Shown: piece after piece, positions 1-11,000 of the stretch
How the letters are laid out: each line of letters opens with the position of its first letter
How positions within the stretch are numbered: the stretch's first letter is position 1
Source of the DNA: a virus
Reading direction: 5' to 3' (one strand)
IMG/VR virus record: IMGVR_UViG_3300020411_000483
Location: 10,021 to 74,020 of that record
Length of the DNA: 64,000 nucleotides
The notes under the pieces: model-generated
Databases searched by the model: none
The model's input: the letters and a program-made list of their open reading frames with translations, nothing else
What the model was told of the DNA's origin: nothing
Translations under genes and position numbers: made by a program

Positions 1-172
1 TTGTTCTTTTCTCTGGCGTATCAACTCCTGCAATTCTAACTCTTTCTTTCTTGTATAGATCAAACCCGAGATCAATAGTAACGTCAATAGTGTCACCATC
101 AAGTACCTTGTTTATCTCCGTCACCCTGAAGTTGTAACAGCTCTTCCTGCTCGGTGGAGTCATCGCACCCAT
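1..172 (-). CDS. Thermonuclease/staphylococcal nuclease (SNase)-like protein, 5' part (runs off window)
   Basis: Not in ORF track. My translation from ATG at 172: MGAMTPPSRKSCYNFRVTEINKVLDGDTIDVTIDLGFDLYKKERVRIAGVDTPEKRT. It carries the SNase motifs DGDT and R-I-x-G-V-D-T-P-E, and a TATAAATA lies upstream. Confidence 0.85.
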   Translation of the reverse strand, partial: MGAMTPPSRKSCYNFRVTEINKVLDGDTIDVTIDLGFDLYKKERVRIAGVDTPEKRT

Positions 173-317
173 GTTCTTCCATCTCCAATTCTAGTATTGA
201 AGTATTTATAGATTCCTCAACAGGGGTTCTATTCTGCTCCGAGTGCCAATCCCTCATCCTCTGAATCCACTCTCCTGGTGTGGGAGTCATCAATATGGGG
301 GTTAGGATACCAATCAT
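99..317 (-). CDS. Hypothetical acidic protein (overlaps neighbours; uncertain)
   Basis: 72-aa ORF in track; overlaps both the nuclease gene and the 229-405 ORF in other frames. Confidence 0.35.
   Translation of the reverse strand: MIGILTPILMTPTPGEWIQRMRDWHSEQNRTPVEESINTSILELEMEEHGCDDSTEQEELLQLQGDGDKQGT
203..210 (-). promoter_or_regulatory. T4-type late promoter TATAAATA
   Basis: Exact TATAAATA on the minus strand, 30 nt upstream of the nuclease ATG. Confidence 0.75.
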
Positions 318-405
318 CGTATTTAAAGATCCAAAATATAGTGTAGCCGACTGCTACTAACAGTATAGCACACATTATATTTATTGACCAGACTACTTCA
401 CTCAA
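229..405 (-). CDS. Small membrane protein (58 aa)
   Basis: Not in track. TTG start overlapping the petE end: MSEVVWSINIMCAILLVAVGYTIFWIFKYDDWYPNPH...; one hydrophobic helix. Confidence 0.55.
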   Translation of the reverse strand: MSEVVWSINIMCAILLVAVGYTIFWIFKYDDWYPNPHIDDSHTRRVDSEDEGLALGAE

Positions 406-760
406 CGTGAATCACCCCCTTCATTCCAGCACCAGCATGTGGATCACATTGAAACTCAAAATCTCCTGCTTCTGTAAAAGTAACTGGAAATTGCTCTCCA
501 CTCATAAATGCTAAGTCGGGATGAGATAACTCATCATGTCCTGCAAATACTACATTGTGAGGAGGTAACTCACCATTCACAAATGTAACTGTATCTCCAA
601 CACTAACTGTTAATTCATTTGGTTCAAAAATTAAATTTCCCCCAGAACCCATTTGTATAGTATCAGCAGCATATGCTTTTGCTGCCAACGTCATTGATAA
701 TGCTAAAGATGTTAGCATGATAGTGATTCTACTCATCCACCACATTATTTGGTGTTTCAT
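398..760 (-). CDS. petE: Plastocyanin (phage auxiliary metabolic gene)
   Basis: Signal peptide ending AYA; motifs MG..G.L.FEP, PHNVVF and C-DP-H-AGAG-M (type-1 copper ligands). Confidence 0.95.
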   Translation of the reverse strand: MKHQIMWWMSRITIMLTSLALSMTLAAKAYAADTIQMGSGGNLIFEPNELTVSVGDTVTFVNGELPPHNVVFAGHDELSHPDLAFMSGEQFPVTFTEAGDFEFQCDPHAGAGMKGVIHVE

Positions 761-763
761 AAT

Positions 764-925
764 TTATTCCTCCTTTAGGATGTAATCAAAAAAATGAGGA
801 TGCTCCCTTAGATATGGGACATCCTCTTTGCTGTGTTGCATTGCTTCGTATGCATCTTGGGCATACTCGCAGATTTCTAAATGTTGTTGGTCGAGGGTAT
901 GATACCCTACAGTGTAATGAGACAC
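764..925 (-). CDS. Small His/acid-rich hypothetical protein (53 aa)
   Basis: Not in track. GTG start: MSHYTVGYHTLDQQHLEICEYAQDAYEAMQHSKEDVPYLREHPHFFDYILKEE; its end supplies the AGGAGG RBS for petE; late promoter upstream. Confidence 0.7.
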   Translation of the reverse strand: MSHYTVGYHTLDQQHLEICEYAQDAYEAMQHSKEDVPYLREHPHFFDYILKEE

Positions 926-958
926 GATTTATAGCCGTGGGCTCGCTTAATACACTTT

Positions 959-966
959 TATTTATA
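959..966 (-). promoter_or_regulatory. T4-type late promoter TATAAATA driving the 925 ORF and petE
   Basis: Exact TATAAATA in the intergenic gap. Confidence 0.8.
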
Positions 967-973
967 AGTAATA

Positions 974-1108
974 TTACTCAATGTCGTTTCGGTTTGAAGA
1001 CGCTGTTCGTATCTCCTTACATTTCTTTTTGAAGTCTACCTGATCAAGTAGTCTCTGAGTTGCAGCCAGTCTTTCTGCCTTTTCTTTTGGACTTTCCTTC
1101 CGTTCCAT
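974..1108 (-). CDS. Hypothetical charged peptide (44 aa)
   Basis: Not in track: MERKESPKEKAERLAATQRLLDQVDFKKKCKEIRTASSNRNDIE; fills the gap up to the late promoter. Confidence 0.4.
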   Translation of the reverse strand: MERKESPKEKAERLAATQRLLDQVDFKKKCKEIRTASSNRNDIE

Positions 1109-1298
1109 AGTTTTCGATGAATTGCTTGTAAGTCAACGGTGGCTTGACCATTTCCTTTTGGGCTAACTTATTAGCCGTAGCATACATCACTTCCTTGTCA
1201 CGTTTACCATAAAGTCTTTTAAAGTCAGAGGAACGACGTTTCATTCCTTTGACTATTTTTTCAGCTTTCTGATTTACAAGAGGCATATCAACCTCCAA
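1044..1298 (-). CDS. Small basic hypothetical protein (likely start MPLVN at 1286)
   Basis: ORF track; K/R-rich, with ...FKRLYGKRDKEVMYATANKLA... Confidence 0.65.
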   Translation of the reverse strand: MEVDMPLVNQKAEKIVKGMKRRSSDFKRLYGKRDKEVMYATANKLAQKEMVKPPLTYKQFIENYGTEGKSKRKGRKTGCNSETT

Positions 1299-1824
1299 CT
1301 ACTTGTACCTCTTCAACTATAATTGCTTGACCACCAGCAGTTATTTTAACTGCTCTCTGTACTATTGCTTGGTTACCAGAGTAAGCATAGGTGTAGTCAG
1401 CACTAGCTGATGAAGAGTCAATATCTGTACTTATTGTAGTATCTGTTGCTGCTGTTACCTTTTTACCAGCAGTTACTGCTGATAAGAAATTACTGTCAAT
1501 AGCAGGAGAAGTGCTGTCATCCACCACAGCGATATAATCTCCTGTTGAAAAAGGATGTGTTGCAGACCTTTCTCCAAGATTAGTTCCTAACTGATAATCT
1601 GCTGTTGAATCATCAACTGCTTTTTGTATCCTTGCTTGTCCAGGCTTAGCATTACCCTTTAAAAGTACTGGGGAGTTTGCAAAAACTTGGATTACTGGTC
1701 CTGCTCCAAATTGTACTGTAGATGCTGCTGTAGCACTTACACGATAGAAACCAGTTTGTACCACTTGATACTCAGATTGAGATGCACTTATAGAATTTGT
1801 GCTTAATACGTTAAGGACTGTCAT
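1288..1824 (-). CDS. Hypothetical protein, probably virion-associated
   Basis: 178 aa with S/T/A/V-rich beta composition; late-promoter core upstream. Confidence 0.75.
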   Translation of the reverse strand: MTVLNVLSTNSISASQSEYQVVQTGFYRVSATAASTVQFGAGPVIQVFANSPVLLKGNAKPGQARIQKAVDDSTADYQLGTNLGERSATHPFSTGDYIAVVDDSTSPAIDSNFLSAVTAGKKVTAATDTTISTDIDSSSASADYTYAYSGNQAIVQRAVKITAGGQAIIVEEVQVVGG

Positions 1825-1831
1825 GTCGGGT

Positions 1832-2257
1832 CTATGTAGATTCGATATTATTTATCTCTTTTTGCTTCTTCAACATCTTTTGTAGGTCAGCAGTGCTTCC
1901 TACAAACATAGTATTATTAATTGTTGATGGTCCTTTCTTATCTTCTTTATCCAATTCTTTCATCTTACCTTGCAAGTCAATCAACTTGTCTGTCGTATCT
2001 GCCACGTGTTTGATGAGTTGACCAGCAACTTCATAAGCACGAGGATGATCAGACGCTCGTGCCACATCAAGTATGCCATCTACTGCCTCCTGTCCTTTCA
2101 TTACTAAGTTATGTAGATTAGCACGACTCATTTCATAGTCTTGCTTAATGTCTTGCGTCTCACTCTTCTTGAGTGATGGCTTGACTGCTTCTACATGCTT
2201 CTGTAATTCAGAAGGTTCTGCTCCAAATACTTTGTCTAGTCCATCGAAAGTTGCCAT
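1832..2257 (-). CDS. g16: Terminase small subunit (T4 gp16-like)
   Basis: DYE.SR.NL..L...GQEA..GIL.VA..SDHPRAYEVAGQLIK and NN.MFVGSTADLQKML; follows g15. Confidence 0.93.
   Translation of the reverse strand: MATFDGLDKVFGAEPSELQKHVEAVKPSLKKSETQDIKQDYEMSRANLHNLVMKGQEAVDGILDVARASDHPRAYEVAGQLIKHVADTTDKLIDLQGKMKELDKEDKKGPSTINNTMFVGSTADLQKMLKKQKEINNIEST
1849..1855 (-). promoter_or_regulatory. Late promoter core ATAAATA (inside g16 3' end)
   Basis: GATAAATA about 25 nt upstream of the ATG at 1824. Confidence 0.55.
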
Positions 2258-2259
2258 AA

Positions 2260-3291
2260 TTAAATTGCCTCATCTGCACCACTTAAAGGATTACGTTTCT
2301 TCATGTCAGTGAAGTCAGAATACAATTCGCCGAATCCGAAATCGTCATCAGCTTCGATGGTTGCATGATCTGCCTCATCGATTTCAAGTATTCCTGATCC
2401 AGCAACGTGACCTGCAATAGTACTACCATTCCATCCACGTTTAACATGTAAGGTGCTACCGACAATCCTATCGATACGCATTACCTCAGTGTCAATTTGA
2501 ATGTTGGTATTCTCTGCAAGACTGGATACATCTCCGACTGTAATAATACCGTCGTTGATATCCATAGCATTGGTAAGTGTAGTAACTGCTGCACCAGTAA
2601 CGTTGGTCAAAGCAACTGGAGTTGCCTGATAACGTACTTGTCTTGGTGCTGCTGTAGTGCTTGTAGAAGTATAGTAATCTGTGATAGCCTTCTTGATAAC
2701 TTTGCTGTCTGTAACAGGACCGTATAGGTAAGTCTTTGCTGTAAACTGTAGAGTCCAAATGATTGCTCTACGTTGAGTAAATTCTCCTTCGTAATCATCC
2801 TCATAGTCTACACTGTTTAGTGTTACTGGAACATCCTTAACTTCATTTACAGTAGTCAAGAGTTTGATAGAAAGATTATAATGTGGTTGGAAGTATGGTA
2901 GTATCTGCTCTATAATCTGCAAACCATCTTCCTGATTCTTTGCAATGATTGCCAATTCAAATCCTACATTGTAGGGTACTGGCATAAATGCATTCTTATT
3001 CTTGGTTGTCGTACTAGCAATTTTAATCTTTTGAGTAGGTGATACCTTCCTTGATGAATCATAGGTAATCCCATTCATTTCAAATGAGATTCTAGGAAGA
3101 GTAATCTGCACTCTTTTATTGGTAGGGTCAGGCATCTGATCCAACCTTGCCAAGAATTTCTGCTTAGGACCATATGCCAAAGGCACTTTCATGACCTCGT
3201 TTGCTCTCCTCAATTCGATGTTATTAAACATCGTACCAAAGGCAACGACAGTCTTCCTAAAAATTTCGTGATAACTATATGTGCCTAACAT
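2260..3291 (-). CDS. g15: Tail sheath stabiliser/tail completion protein (gp15-like)
   Basis: YHEIFRKTVVAFGTMFNNI, KVPLAYGPKQKFLARL, LPRISFE, QIIEQILPYFQP; synteny 13-14-15-16. Confidence 0.93.
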   Translation of the reverse strand: MLGTYSYHEIFRKTVVAFGTMFNNIELRRANEVMKVPLAYGPKQKFLARLDQMPDPTNKRVQITLPRISFEMNGITYDSSRKVSPTQKIKIASTTTKNKNAFMPVPYNVGFELAIIAKNQEDGLQIIEQILPYFQPHYNLSIKLLTTVNEVKDVPVTLNSVDYEDDYEGEFTQRRAIIWTLQFTAKTYLYGPVTDSKVIKKAITDYYTSTSTTAAPRQVRYQATPVALTNVTGAAVTTLTNAMDINDGIITVGDVSSLAENTNIQIDTEVMRIDRIVGSTLHVKRGWNGSTIAGHVAGSGILEIDEADHATIEADDDFGFGELYSDFTDMKKRNPLSGADEAI

Positions 3292-4217
3292 TAGATTGTA
3301 GTGTCAGTAAGTGATCCAACAGAACCAAATGGATTTGTCTCAGAGAAGTCAATGATATCATTATCTCCTATTTCGTAATCAGCGTTTTGGTCATATTCTG
3401 AGTTGGTATTATTTATCGTGTTGTAAGATGCTGTTGTCCAGGAGGCACTTGATGTCCCACCTGTAATAGTTTCTGGAATCTGGAAAGTCCCAGAGCGATT
3501 GATAACAATAAGAGTGCGTGTAGCATTATCCCAAGACTTAACCTCAGCAGTAACATTACTTGTTCCTCCAGTGACAGTCTCACCAACGGTGAAGTCGCCA
3601 CTACCACCTGCTACGAGACCAACAGTAATTGCATTAGCAAACGCAGTCTCGATAGCATCAATCTCAGCGATTCCAGTATCAATTTGCTCATCAGCATACT
3701 GGAAGAGCTCACACTGACATTCCCAAACATATCCTTTTCCTAGTTGGTAGAAAGGTTTCTCTACTTCTACAAACTGTATCTCAAACAAATGCTTTGTTAC
3801 GGGGAAGTAAATTAAATCCCCCTCATTTGGTCGTCCCTCGACATTAAGTGTAACATTGTCGTCCACTTTTTCTTTAAACTTTTTACGGGATAAGATAAAC
3901 GTCGTCTTATCTTCGACTCGTACGCCAAATTTGCTAAGAAGTTCTCCTTGGCCCTCCCATCCTTCGACATTATTGACATATGCTCGGATTGGGTAGTTGG
4001 TCGAAAAAGTGCTGTTATCAACTTCATCTAGTATAGTGTCCCTGTTAATATAAGTCCTAGGTAAATAATACACGTTTTGGCCATAAATTTCAATAGTCTC
4101 AACTATAAGATTTTCTATAAATCCTTGCTCTTGTGATGATCCGTTGATATTAACCCGACATGCACTGGTATAATCGGACTGGACACAAGGGTTTGCTGGA
4201 GAATTACTGTATGCCAT
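3291..4217 (-). CDS. g14: Neck protein (gp14-like)
   Basis: LIVETIEIYGQNVYYLPR, LLSKFG, RPNEGDLIYFP, FEIQFVE..KPFYQLGK, C-terminal DFSETNPFG. Confidence 0.93.
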   Translation of the reverse strand: MAYSNSPANPCVQSDYTSACRVNINGSSQEQGFIENLIVETIEIYGQNVYYLPRTYINRDTILDEVDNSTFSTNYPIRAYVNNVEGWEGQGELLSKFGVRVEDKTTFILSRKKFKEKVDDNVTLNVEGRPNEGDLIYFPVTKHLFEIQFVEVEKPFYQLGKGYVWECQCELFQYADEQIDTGIAEIDAIETAFANAITVGLVAGGSGDFTVGETVTGGTSNVTAEVKSWDNATRTLIVINRSGTFQIPETITGGTSSASWTTASYNTINNTNSEYDQNADYEIGDNDIIDFSETNPFGSVGSLTDTTI

Positions 4218-4218
4218 A

Positions 4219-5025
4219 TTAGCCTACTAAATCCATTGGTGGTATTTCATAACGATCACGAAGTTGTGTTTCTAAATCTGTTTTAAATGTAGAAGCATCT
4301 TCGAGTATTTGACGACCATTGAGTGTCACACCACCCAACATTTGAATACCGTCATATTTACTTAGGTTCCTTCCCCACTGTTGTTGGAATAATGCTTCAA
4401 TATAATCCTTCAACCAGTTATCATTAAACATATCTGTAAAGGTTGTAGGGTCTTGACGCATCTTCATATCGACCATTATATAATCACCTGCTTGTAAGTC
4501 ACCCCAATCGAAGTCAAGATATAATCTATTGCTATGCTCATTCCATCTAACTCTTCTATTTGCTTGAGAGTTAGTAATCCAGTCTAATGTTTCAAGATAC
4601 TGGGATGTCATAAAGTAATGTAATATCTGACCATGAGTCATGGCATAGATATCATTCAAGAAAATCTGGTATTTGATATTAAAAATATTTCCAGGTACAA
4701 CACTAGATGCTCCTATACCTGTGAATACTTGATTAATACCTAAAACTCCTGGTGGAGTTGATATGTAATTCTTTTGGCCATACCATGTGGTAGACCCTTC
4801 TTGATCCCACTCTTGTGCAGCAGTCTTAATTGCATCAGTAACTTCTACTCTCATGAAAGCATCATAACTTCCATTGTAATGATACTCTTGATAGTAATCA
4901 ATTCCTTCTTCGATTAAGTCATCCAGTTGTTCATCACAAACGTTAATATCAATCGCAGGATAACCTAGTCTGCGAAGTGCATACAATTTTAATTCTGCTT
5001 TAGTGGCTGGTCTTGTAGCTGACAT
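4219..5025 (-). CDS. g13: Neck protein (gp13-like)
   Basis: LK.YALRRLG.P.IDINV.DEQLDD, WLKDY..AL..QQWG.NLSKY.G.Q..GGVTLNG. Confidence 0.93.
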   Translation of the reverse strand: MSATRPATKAELKLYALRRLGYPAIDINVCDEQLDDLIEEGIDYYQEYHYNGSYDAFMRVEVTDAIKTAAQEWDQEGSTTWYGQKNYISTPPGVLGINQVFTGIGASSVVPGNIFNIKYQIFLNDIYAMTHGQILHYFMTSQYLETLDWITNSQANRRVRWNEHSNRLYLDFDWGDLQAGDYIMVDMKMRQDPTTFTDMFNDNWLKDYIEALFQQQWGRNLSKYDGIQMLGGVTLNGRQILEDASTFKTDLETQLRDRYEIPPMDLVG

Positions 5026-5030
5026 TTATT

Positions 5031-8000
5031 TTAAGCGAATGAGGAAATAGTCAAGTTAGTTACATCATTAGCACCAACGGTCTCTCCTTTCTTGAAGAAT
5101 CCATCTACATTATCAACGGTAATTGCGTTAGTACCAAGTGCGGTAATAACAGCAGTTGTACCAGAGGTTCCCCCTGTTACTGTTGCACCAACTTCCATCG
5201 TTGTGATATCTGAAAGTGCGAATGTTGCATTAACAAATACGGTAGCAATATCAATCGTTGCACCGTTTCCATGAATTGCAGAAACTGGGATAGTAGCATT
5301 TCCACCACCACCTGAGATAGTGATGACTTCAGATGCAGCGTAACCAGATCCATCATTATTAATTGTGACACCCGTTACTGCACCAGCAGAAGTTGTAATA
5401 TCAACTGTCAATCCTGTACCAGATCCACTAGAAGATGTAGCAACTCCAGTTGCATTAGAGTATCCACTACCACCAGCACTGATGCTTCCAAGTGTCTTAA
5501 CACCAGATGCGTTAGCATTAGCAATAGTTATTGTGTTTCCAGCAGCATATCCTGAGCCAGCAGTGTTAACTGTGACTCCAGTAATACCACCACTAGATGC
5601 TGTAATATCGACTGTTAGACTTGATCCATCACCTCCTGTTGCAGAAATGTTAGTACCTGAAGCGTATCCTGTGCCAGCAGTTAATGTTGCGTTGTTAAAG
5701 GTCTTAACACCACCAGCATTAGGGTTAGCGATTGAAAGTGTATCTCCAATTAGATATCCACTACCAGCAGCATTCAGAGCGATTGCAGTAATCACTCCAC
5801 CTACTGTAGTAGTATCAACTGTTAGTCCACTACCTGTGCCTCCAGTGGTAGCAACTCCAGTGCCATTAGAGAATCCACCAACACCATCGTTGGAAATGGA
5901 TCCGAGAGTTACAACGGATCCAGGTGTTGGGTCTCCAGAGAGATTTAATGTTAATGTTGTTGAGGTCGCAAGGTTATTCAACATTGCTCTTAATTGCTCA
6001 TAAGCATTGTCGAGTTTTGCTTGGACTCTTGCCTCTGTATAGTAGAGGTTAGTTCCTTCTGCAAGACCACCAGTATTGTGGTTGGTTAGGTTTGCTGCCT
6101 GAGTAGCAGTTGCAGGAGTAATGTTAGCACTACCATCGAATGATGTGCCACCGATTGTCCTTGCTGTTGCTAGAGCAGTTGCAGTTGCTGCGTTTCCACT
6201 TGTGTCTTGACTACCAGCAGCATTAACGCCTGGTAGGTTGATATTGGCAGACCCATCAAAGGATACTCCACCAATCGTGCGAGCAGTTGCAAGTTTAGTT
6301 GCAGTTCCAGCATTACCTGTTGCATCACCAGTCACGTTACCAGTGATAGGACCAGCGAATCCTGTTGCAGTCAGAATTCCAGTCGCAGAGTTAAAGGTTA
6401 GGTTTGTACCAGTCTTAGGTGCTAGGTTACCAGTGGCACCTGTTGCGAATAGGACGTTACATGATGTATCTGTAGATTCATCAGCAAGTGTAACGGTTGT
6501 TGCTATAGCAGCAGTACCAGAAGTATCTTGGTTACCAGCAGCGTTAACGCCTGGTAGATTAATGTCAGCAGAGCCATTGAAGGATACACCACCAATATTT
6601 CTTGCTGTTTCTAAAGTCGTAGCAGTGTCAGCGTTTCCAGTAAGGTCACCAGTTACATCTCCTGTTAACGTTCCGACGATGTTTGTTGCCGAAAGAGTGT
6701 TAGTAGAAGGATTGTAAGTGATACCAGCGTCAGTATATACAGTCTCAGCAGTAGCTGAACCGTTGTCACTGTTGACAAAAGTTGGATAGTATGATGCATT
6801 GCCAGATCCTTGGATAGTCTTGACCTGCGTTGCTGTATCAGCATTACCAGTTAGGTCACCAGTTACATTACCTGTTAAGGTTGCAGTAATAGTGCCAGCA
6901 GCAAAGTTGCCTGATCCGTCTCTTAGGACTAAGTTATTCGCAGAGTTGGATGCTGTTGAAGCAACGTTAATTGTTGTGTTACCTGAAACACCATCAGCAT
7001 TTGTAAGAGTAACACCAGAGTTAGCTGTAACAGCTAATGTGCGTTGTGCATATGTATTTGCAGCAGTCCTTACAACGTATCCTGTGCCAGACATTCCTGC
7101 TAAAGCAGTAATATCAGCATCAACAAATGTTGTAGTAATGCTTACGTCTGCACTACCGTTGAATGCAACGGTACCAGAAACAGCTCCAGCAACAGCAATA
7201 TTTCGTGCTGTCTGTAAAGTTGTTGCTGTAGATGCATTACCAGTTAAGGCAGCAGTAATTGTACCTGCTGCGAAGTTACCAGATGCATCACGATTAACAA
7301 CTGTAGATGCAGTATTTGCAGTAGCAGTTGTCATGCCATCTAACAAGTCTGCGTTTAGATTGTTAATCTTATCTGTTGTTGGAATAACAAGTGCAGGACC
7401 AGATGAAACCTGTGAGATGATTTGACCATCTACAGTTAGTGTGCCATCTATATTTGCATTGTTATCAATGTCAACTGATGTACCAGCACCAGTTACATTA
7501 ATAGACCCAACTCTTAAAGCACCATCGGTGCCTGCCATTACCTCAGCAGTATTTGTAACTGTTGTTAGGAATGTGAACTGTTGGGAGGATCTATCGAATC
7601 CGAAGAAACCAATTTTCGCTGAGCCGTCGTAATAACGGAATTCAACACCACGATCCTTAGCGTCGTCAGACGACGGTGCTGTGTCACCACCCAAAGTAAT
7701 AACAGGGTCGTCGAGAGTAGTGACCGTGCTGTTGACAGTAGTGGTTGTGCCATTTACAATTAGGTTACCTCCAACCGTCATGTCGTTGTGTAGAGTAGCA
7801 TCTCCTGTGCTTACATCTACCATAAATGCGTTGCGTGTGTTAGCAGAATCATATACGATAAAGTCTCCACCAACGTAGGTGTTCTTATCGATTGTTGCAC
7901 CACCAGCAACTTGCAATGCAACTGATCCATCTGCTAGAGATGTTGCTTCGTCTGTATTACTTACTACTAAATTACCTGATATATCTGCACTGTTGTTAAG

Positions 8001-11000
8001 GTCTAAAGTACCTGTCAACTCTGTATTGCCGTAGACTCGTGCCCCGCCACCAACTGCTAGGTTTTTAGCTAGTCCTATACCACCAGAGAATCTTGCAGCA
8101 CCATCAGCAGCATATGATCCTGTTAGAGTTTGCTCTGTGTTATTAGTATGTGTGTTGACACCTGATGTGCCAAATGTATCGTTAATCTGTGTCGCATCAC
8201 CAACGGTTAATGTACCAATAATGTTAGTGTTACCGTTGTCAGTATCAACTTCAAACTTAGTAACAGCAGAACCGTTTTGGACCGTAAGAGTTTTATTAGC
8301 ATCGTTAATTAATACACCTGATGTGATTGTAACTGCTTCATCTACGGTAAGTGTGCCGTCAATAACGGTATTACCAGTTGCAGCAGCAATAGTAAACTTG
8401 TTTGTGCCAATATCAAAGTTTCCATCAATTCCTACAGCACTTGTTACATCTAATGTACCAGCTATTACTGTATTACCATTATCTGAATCGACAGTAAACT
8501 TATCTGCTCCAGCATTATTTTCGATGGTAAACATCTTACCATCACCATTGATGTTAACGTTACTTTGGAAAGTAGCATTACCATCTACATTTAAAGTCGT
8601 ATCAAAATCACCTGCACCATTTACAGTGAGGTCACCTGCAACAACTGTATTACCATTGTCTGTATCAATAGTAAACTTGTCAGCAGATGAATTGTTTTGT
8701 ACTTTAAAGAATTTGTTATCTGCGTTGATAGTAACATTGTCTTGGAATGTTGCTCCACCATCAACGTTTAGAGTCGAATCAAAGTCAACTCCATTTGTTA
8801 CATCAAGAGTACCTTGAATTTCTGTATTACCTGTAGCACCTAGGACACTAAACTTAACTGTGTCTCCAGAGTTTTTCTTACCAACGAAAAGACCTTCGCC
8901 AGATCCTGTAGCACCAATATGTAAATTCTGAGCAATACCTCCACCACCATATACTCTTAGGTTAGAAGTATTGTGTGTAGCATAAGTTGGATTGTAAGCA
9001 ACACTACTACCAACCCTAAACTTATATCTTACCTGCAACCAGTTCCGTAAACCCCAACTCTCTGTTCCACTATCTCTCTGGTTGAAGTTACCATTTAGAT
9101 AGATGTCATTATTAAATAACACATCCTTAGCAAAGTAACCACCACCATCACATCTTAATGCACCATAGTCACTACTCTGAATTTCATAAAGGTTTGTGCT
9201 GTTGTTTAGAGCAACGTTAGGCTCATCAGTTGATTCAAAGTAAACTAAAGATGCTACGTTTAGATTAGCATTAGCATCGATATTACCAGTGTTAGTTAAG
9301 ACACCACCAATCTCAGCATTACCTGTTGTAGTATGGAAGGTAGTTTTAGTTGTGCCACTACCATTCTTTAATTCAAATGTCTTAGAAGCACCTTGGAATA
9401 CAATATTATCATCAAATCTACTTGTAGAGTTGGCACGGAATGTCCCATCTACATCTAAAAGTCCACCAATATTAACTGCTTGTCCAATACCAGCACCACC
9501 TGCTACTACCAAATCTCCAGTAGTATTAGATGTTGAGTTAGTATTTGTTGTAAGTTTTAAATTACCAGCGATGATCCCTGCATCTGTTCCAGAGAATACT
9601 TCTGAGGTATTTGTGGCATTGTAGAGGAAGGAGAATGCTCCTGTATGACCTCCAAGATCAGAGGCCGAATCGTCGTAACCAAAGAATCCAATTCTTGCTT
9701 GAGAGTCATAGTATCTGAATTCAACTCCTCGATCCTTATTGTCGTCCGAAGTTGGAGCAGTATCACCGCCAAGAGTAAGAATAACATCATCCACCTGCAT
9801 AGTAGTGGAATTAACTGTTGTAGTCGTGCCATCTACTTGTAAATCTCCATGTATCCTACAGGTACCAGAGACAGCTCTATCATCACCTGGGTCGAGGTGT
9901 AAAGTAGCACCAGTTGATCCTATGTAATCAGCTTGGAATTTTGTCCCTTCAACATGTACCTTACCATTAGTTCCTTCAGTTGCTTTAATATCAACTAAGT
10001 CTTCTGCTGTAATATTAAGTGTGCTTGATCCTGCACCAGAGTTAGTAACACCTAAATTAAATGTTCTAGCATTACTTGAATTCTGTGTAGACTGAATAGT
10101 GAAGTTTCCATCACCAGTCTTGTCTATAGTTTGTGAAGCCCCTCCGTCGAAGGTAACGTCTGGATCACTGAAATAGGATCTGACGTTGACATCAATCTCT
10201 CCAGCACCACCATCACCCGTATTATTTGCGCCAAACAGTAAAGCACCACTTGTGTTATTAACCTTGACATAGTTAAGATAGTTAAAACCTTTGTTTGCTG
10301 TAGCAGCAGTCTTCTCACTGTCTAACGAGAAGTCTTCCTTCGTATTGCTATCAGAGAAGGATATTTTATTGTTTTGAAGTTGAGTATTGTCAACACCAGC
10401 AGCAGAAATGCTAACATGACCTGCTGCTGATACATCAAAATCTTCTTGAGCAAAGGAAGCGAGTCCTTTTTGTTGTGTTGTAACAGCACCCAAGTATCTC
10501 CACGATCCAGCATCGCTAGTATCTGAATGAGTTGGTGCCCCAGCTCCTGCCGAAATACCCGCAATGGCTTGATAAAGCTTCGATGCGTTAGTAATCTTAT
10601 CGTCTCTGGAATAGGTCGTTGCTGCATTATATGCTGCTGCTGTAGTTCCTTCTACTGCTGTTGCAATAGGAAGTGTCGCTGATGCTGTTAGTCTACCATA
10701 TGCATCAACTGTATAGTTTGTAGCGTTAACAGTCTGTGATCCACCAGCAGATGTTAATGATGCTGCGTTATATTCAGCAGCAGTTACAGCAGTTGTAATT
10801 AGGTCAATGGTTGGGTTTGCTGATATACCACCACCATCTGAAATTTGAATTCTTTGTGCAGTACCAGTGATAGTCCTGGTTGCCATAGTACCAGCAGAAG
10901 TCCTAGAAATTAATCCAGTAGTTGTTAATCCTGCAACAGCAATCAGATCATTATCATATGGTTGAGCAGATGATCCCTCAACTGTACCGTCGAGACCATA

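Noticed and set aside
814-1032. Plus-strand 72-aa ORF
   Set aside because: Overlaps the better-supported minus-strand 764-925 ORF and its late promoter.
5092-9927. Many long plus-strand ORFs opposite the fibre gene (also opposite g7, g8 and the VrlC-like gene)
   Set aside because: Antisense shadows of T/A/G/V-rich coding sequence with biased third positions; V/P/A-rich translations with no recognisable motifs.
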